Part shown: in pieces, positions 62,895 to 64,000 of the stretch
Position numbering within the stretch: position 1 is the stretch's first letter
How the letters are laid out: every line of letters begins with the position of its first letter
NCBI RefSeq assembly: GCF_006345805.1
Contig: NC_043017.1
Location: forward strand, 29,450,001 to 29,514,000
Length of the DNA stretch: 64,000 bases
Reading direction: 5' to 3'
Source of the DNA: Octopus sinensis
Lineage: Eukaryota
Position numbers and translations under genes: made by a program
Notes under the pieces: model-generated
Told to the model about the DNA's origin: nothing
The model's database searches: none
Seen by the model: the letters and a program-made list of their open reading frames with translations, nothing else

Positions 62895-63244
62895 TTCCGA
62901 TCCAATCCATTTTTAAACATTTTTAAACACAAAGTCATGGCATTTTTACGCTAAAGATATTACATCCAGAAATAGCGTAAGCAGTAGCTATGATTGTTTA
63001 CTCTACGTAATGAGAGATTGTTTACAATGAAAACACACAAACAAGGAAATATCAAATTGGCACCACGCTAAAACTTTATGAAAACGGGATGTTTATACTC
63101 GGAGGTTGGAATTCAAGCTTCGTTAAGTCTTTCATGTTTCCGGTGTAACCAATTGTAACAACTGACTCGAAATGTTATTGAATGTCGTTAAACTTTATAA
63201 AAACGTGGACGCATTTTATGCTTTTCAATGTTTTACGACAGGGA

Positions 63245-63402
63245 TTATTCCAGCTTCCCTCTACGAAATCCACTCGCAGGGATTTGGTCGGGCTGAAGCT
63301 TTAGTAGAAAAATACTTGGTCAAAGCGCCACCCTGTTGGACGAAACCTGGAACCATGTGGCTCGGAAGGAAACTGGTGACCACAAACCTACACCAGCTCC
63401 TA
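63245..63402 (-). mobile_element. Degenerate SINE-B 5' half
   Basis: aaatccactcgcagggatttggtcggg...gaaacctggaaccatgtggctcggaaggaaact. Confidence 0.65.
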
Positions 63403-63587
63403 TGTCAGATTCACTATATTTCCTGTAGTTATCTCCTCACATGCAGTGAATTAACAGCTAAAACCGTAATCAAAATTATTTGAAACCATAATCAAATTAT
63501 AAGAGGAAGCAACTATATAAGTCTTAATACATAATCCTATATAAGTCTTAATATATAGTCTTATATATATATAAATTTATAAATAAG

Positions 63588-63619
63588 GATAATATCGATA
63601 TTTAAATATCGATATTATC
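63588..63619. repeat. Perfect 32-bp palindrome
   Basis: gataatatcgatattt|aaatatcgatattatc. Confidence 0.95.
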
Positions 63620-63670
63620 AAGTGGTCAGCACGGGAAAAATACCATACGAAGGTAATAATTTTTTACAAG

Positions 63671-63822
63671 TAAAAATAAGGGTGTCTGAGAGACACCATC
63701 ATGCCGAAATAGCAGTCAAATCCCTGACTCTAAAGACCACCTTAAATTTAAGTTGGTCTTTAGAGTCAGGGATTTGACTGCTATTTCAGCATGGTGGTGT
63801 CTCTCAGACACCCTTATTTTTA
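63671..63822. mobile_element. Nearly loop-less 152-bp palindromic (foldback) element
   Basis: 76-bp arms with 3 mismatches; centre cttaaatttaag; termini taaaaataaggg / cccttattttta. Confidence 0.8.
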
Positions 63823-64000
63823 GTTATATATATAAGGACTATATATTAAGGCTATGTAAGTCTTAATATATAGCCCTTCATACAATTGATGTTAGTAGTT
63901 TAATACCTTCACAATTGACAGCAAATGTGGTAACATAAGTGCTTCAAAAACAGGTAATATCACGAATTTGGTCCATTTTAATCTATTAGCAAAAAATTCT

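Overview
This is eukaryotic, strongly AT-rich, repeat-dominated non-coding DNA (intergenic or a large intron) with one 100-N scaffold gap at 54342-54441. The SINE sequences and the microsatellite load resemble an octopus or other coleoid cephalopod genome; that is an inference from recalled sequence, not from a search. No protein-coding gene can be supported. Nearly all ORFs in the track are translations of (TA)n, (CA)n, (GAT)n or (CTA)n microsatellites or of SINEs. The window contains dozens of tRNA-derived SINE copies in at least four groups (called A, B, C1 and C2 here), a hAT MITE with a nested SINE, a non-autonomous Helitron, decayed Helitron-helicase-like and Penelope-like fragments, several foldback/MITE hairpins and local duplications. 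The most interesting observations are: (1) a dispersed ~230-bp repeat present three times that carries a minimal type-I hammerhead-ribozyme-like motif with a shared non-canonical core (CUGU instead of CUGA), plus a second hammerhead-like motif at 33.3 kb; (2) an asymmetric foldback element present as a 340-bp copy and a 138-bp copy, where the size difference is exactly explained by a deletion between two TTATAA hexamers, both copies with target-site-duplication-like flanks of different length; (3) SINE-A dimers with the same junction at two loci, each flanked by its own TSD; (4) a near-perfect inverted SINE pair that could form long dsRNA. All alignments were done by eye and identities are approximate.
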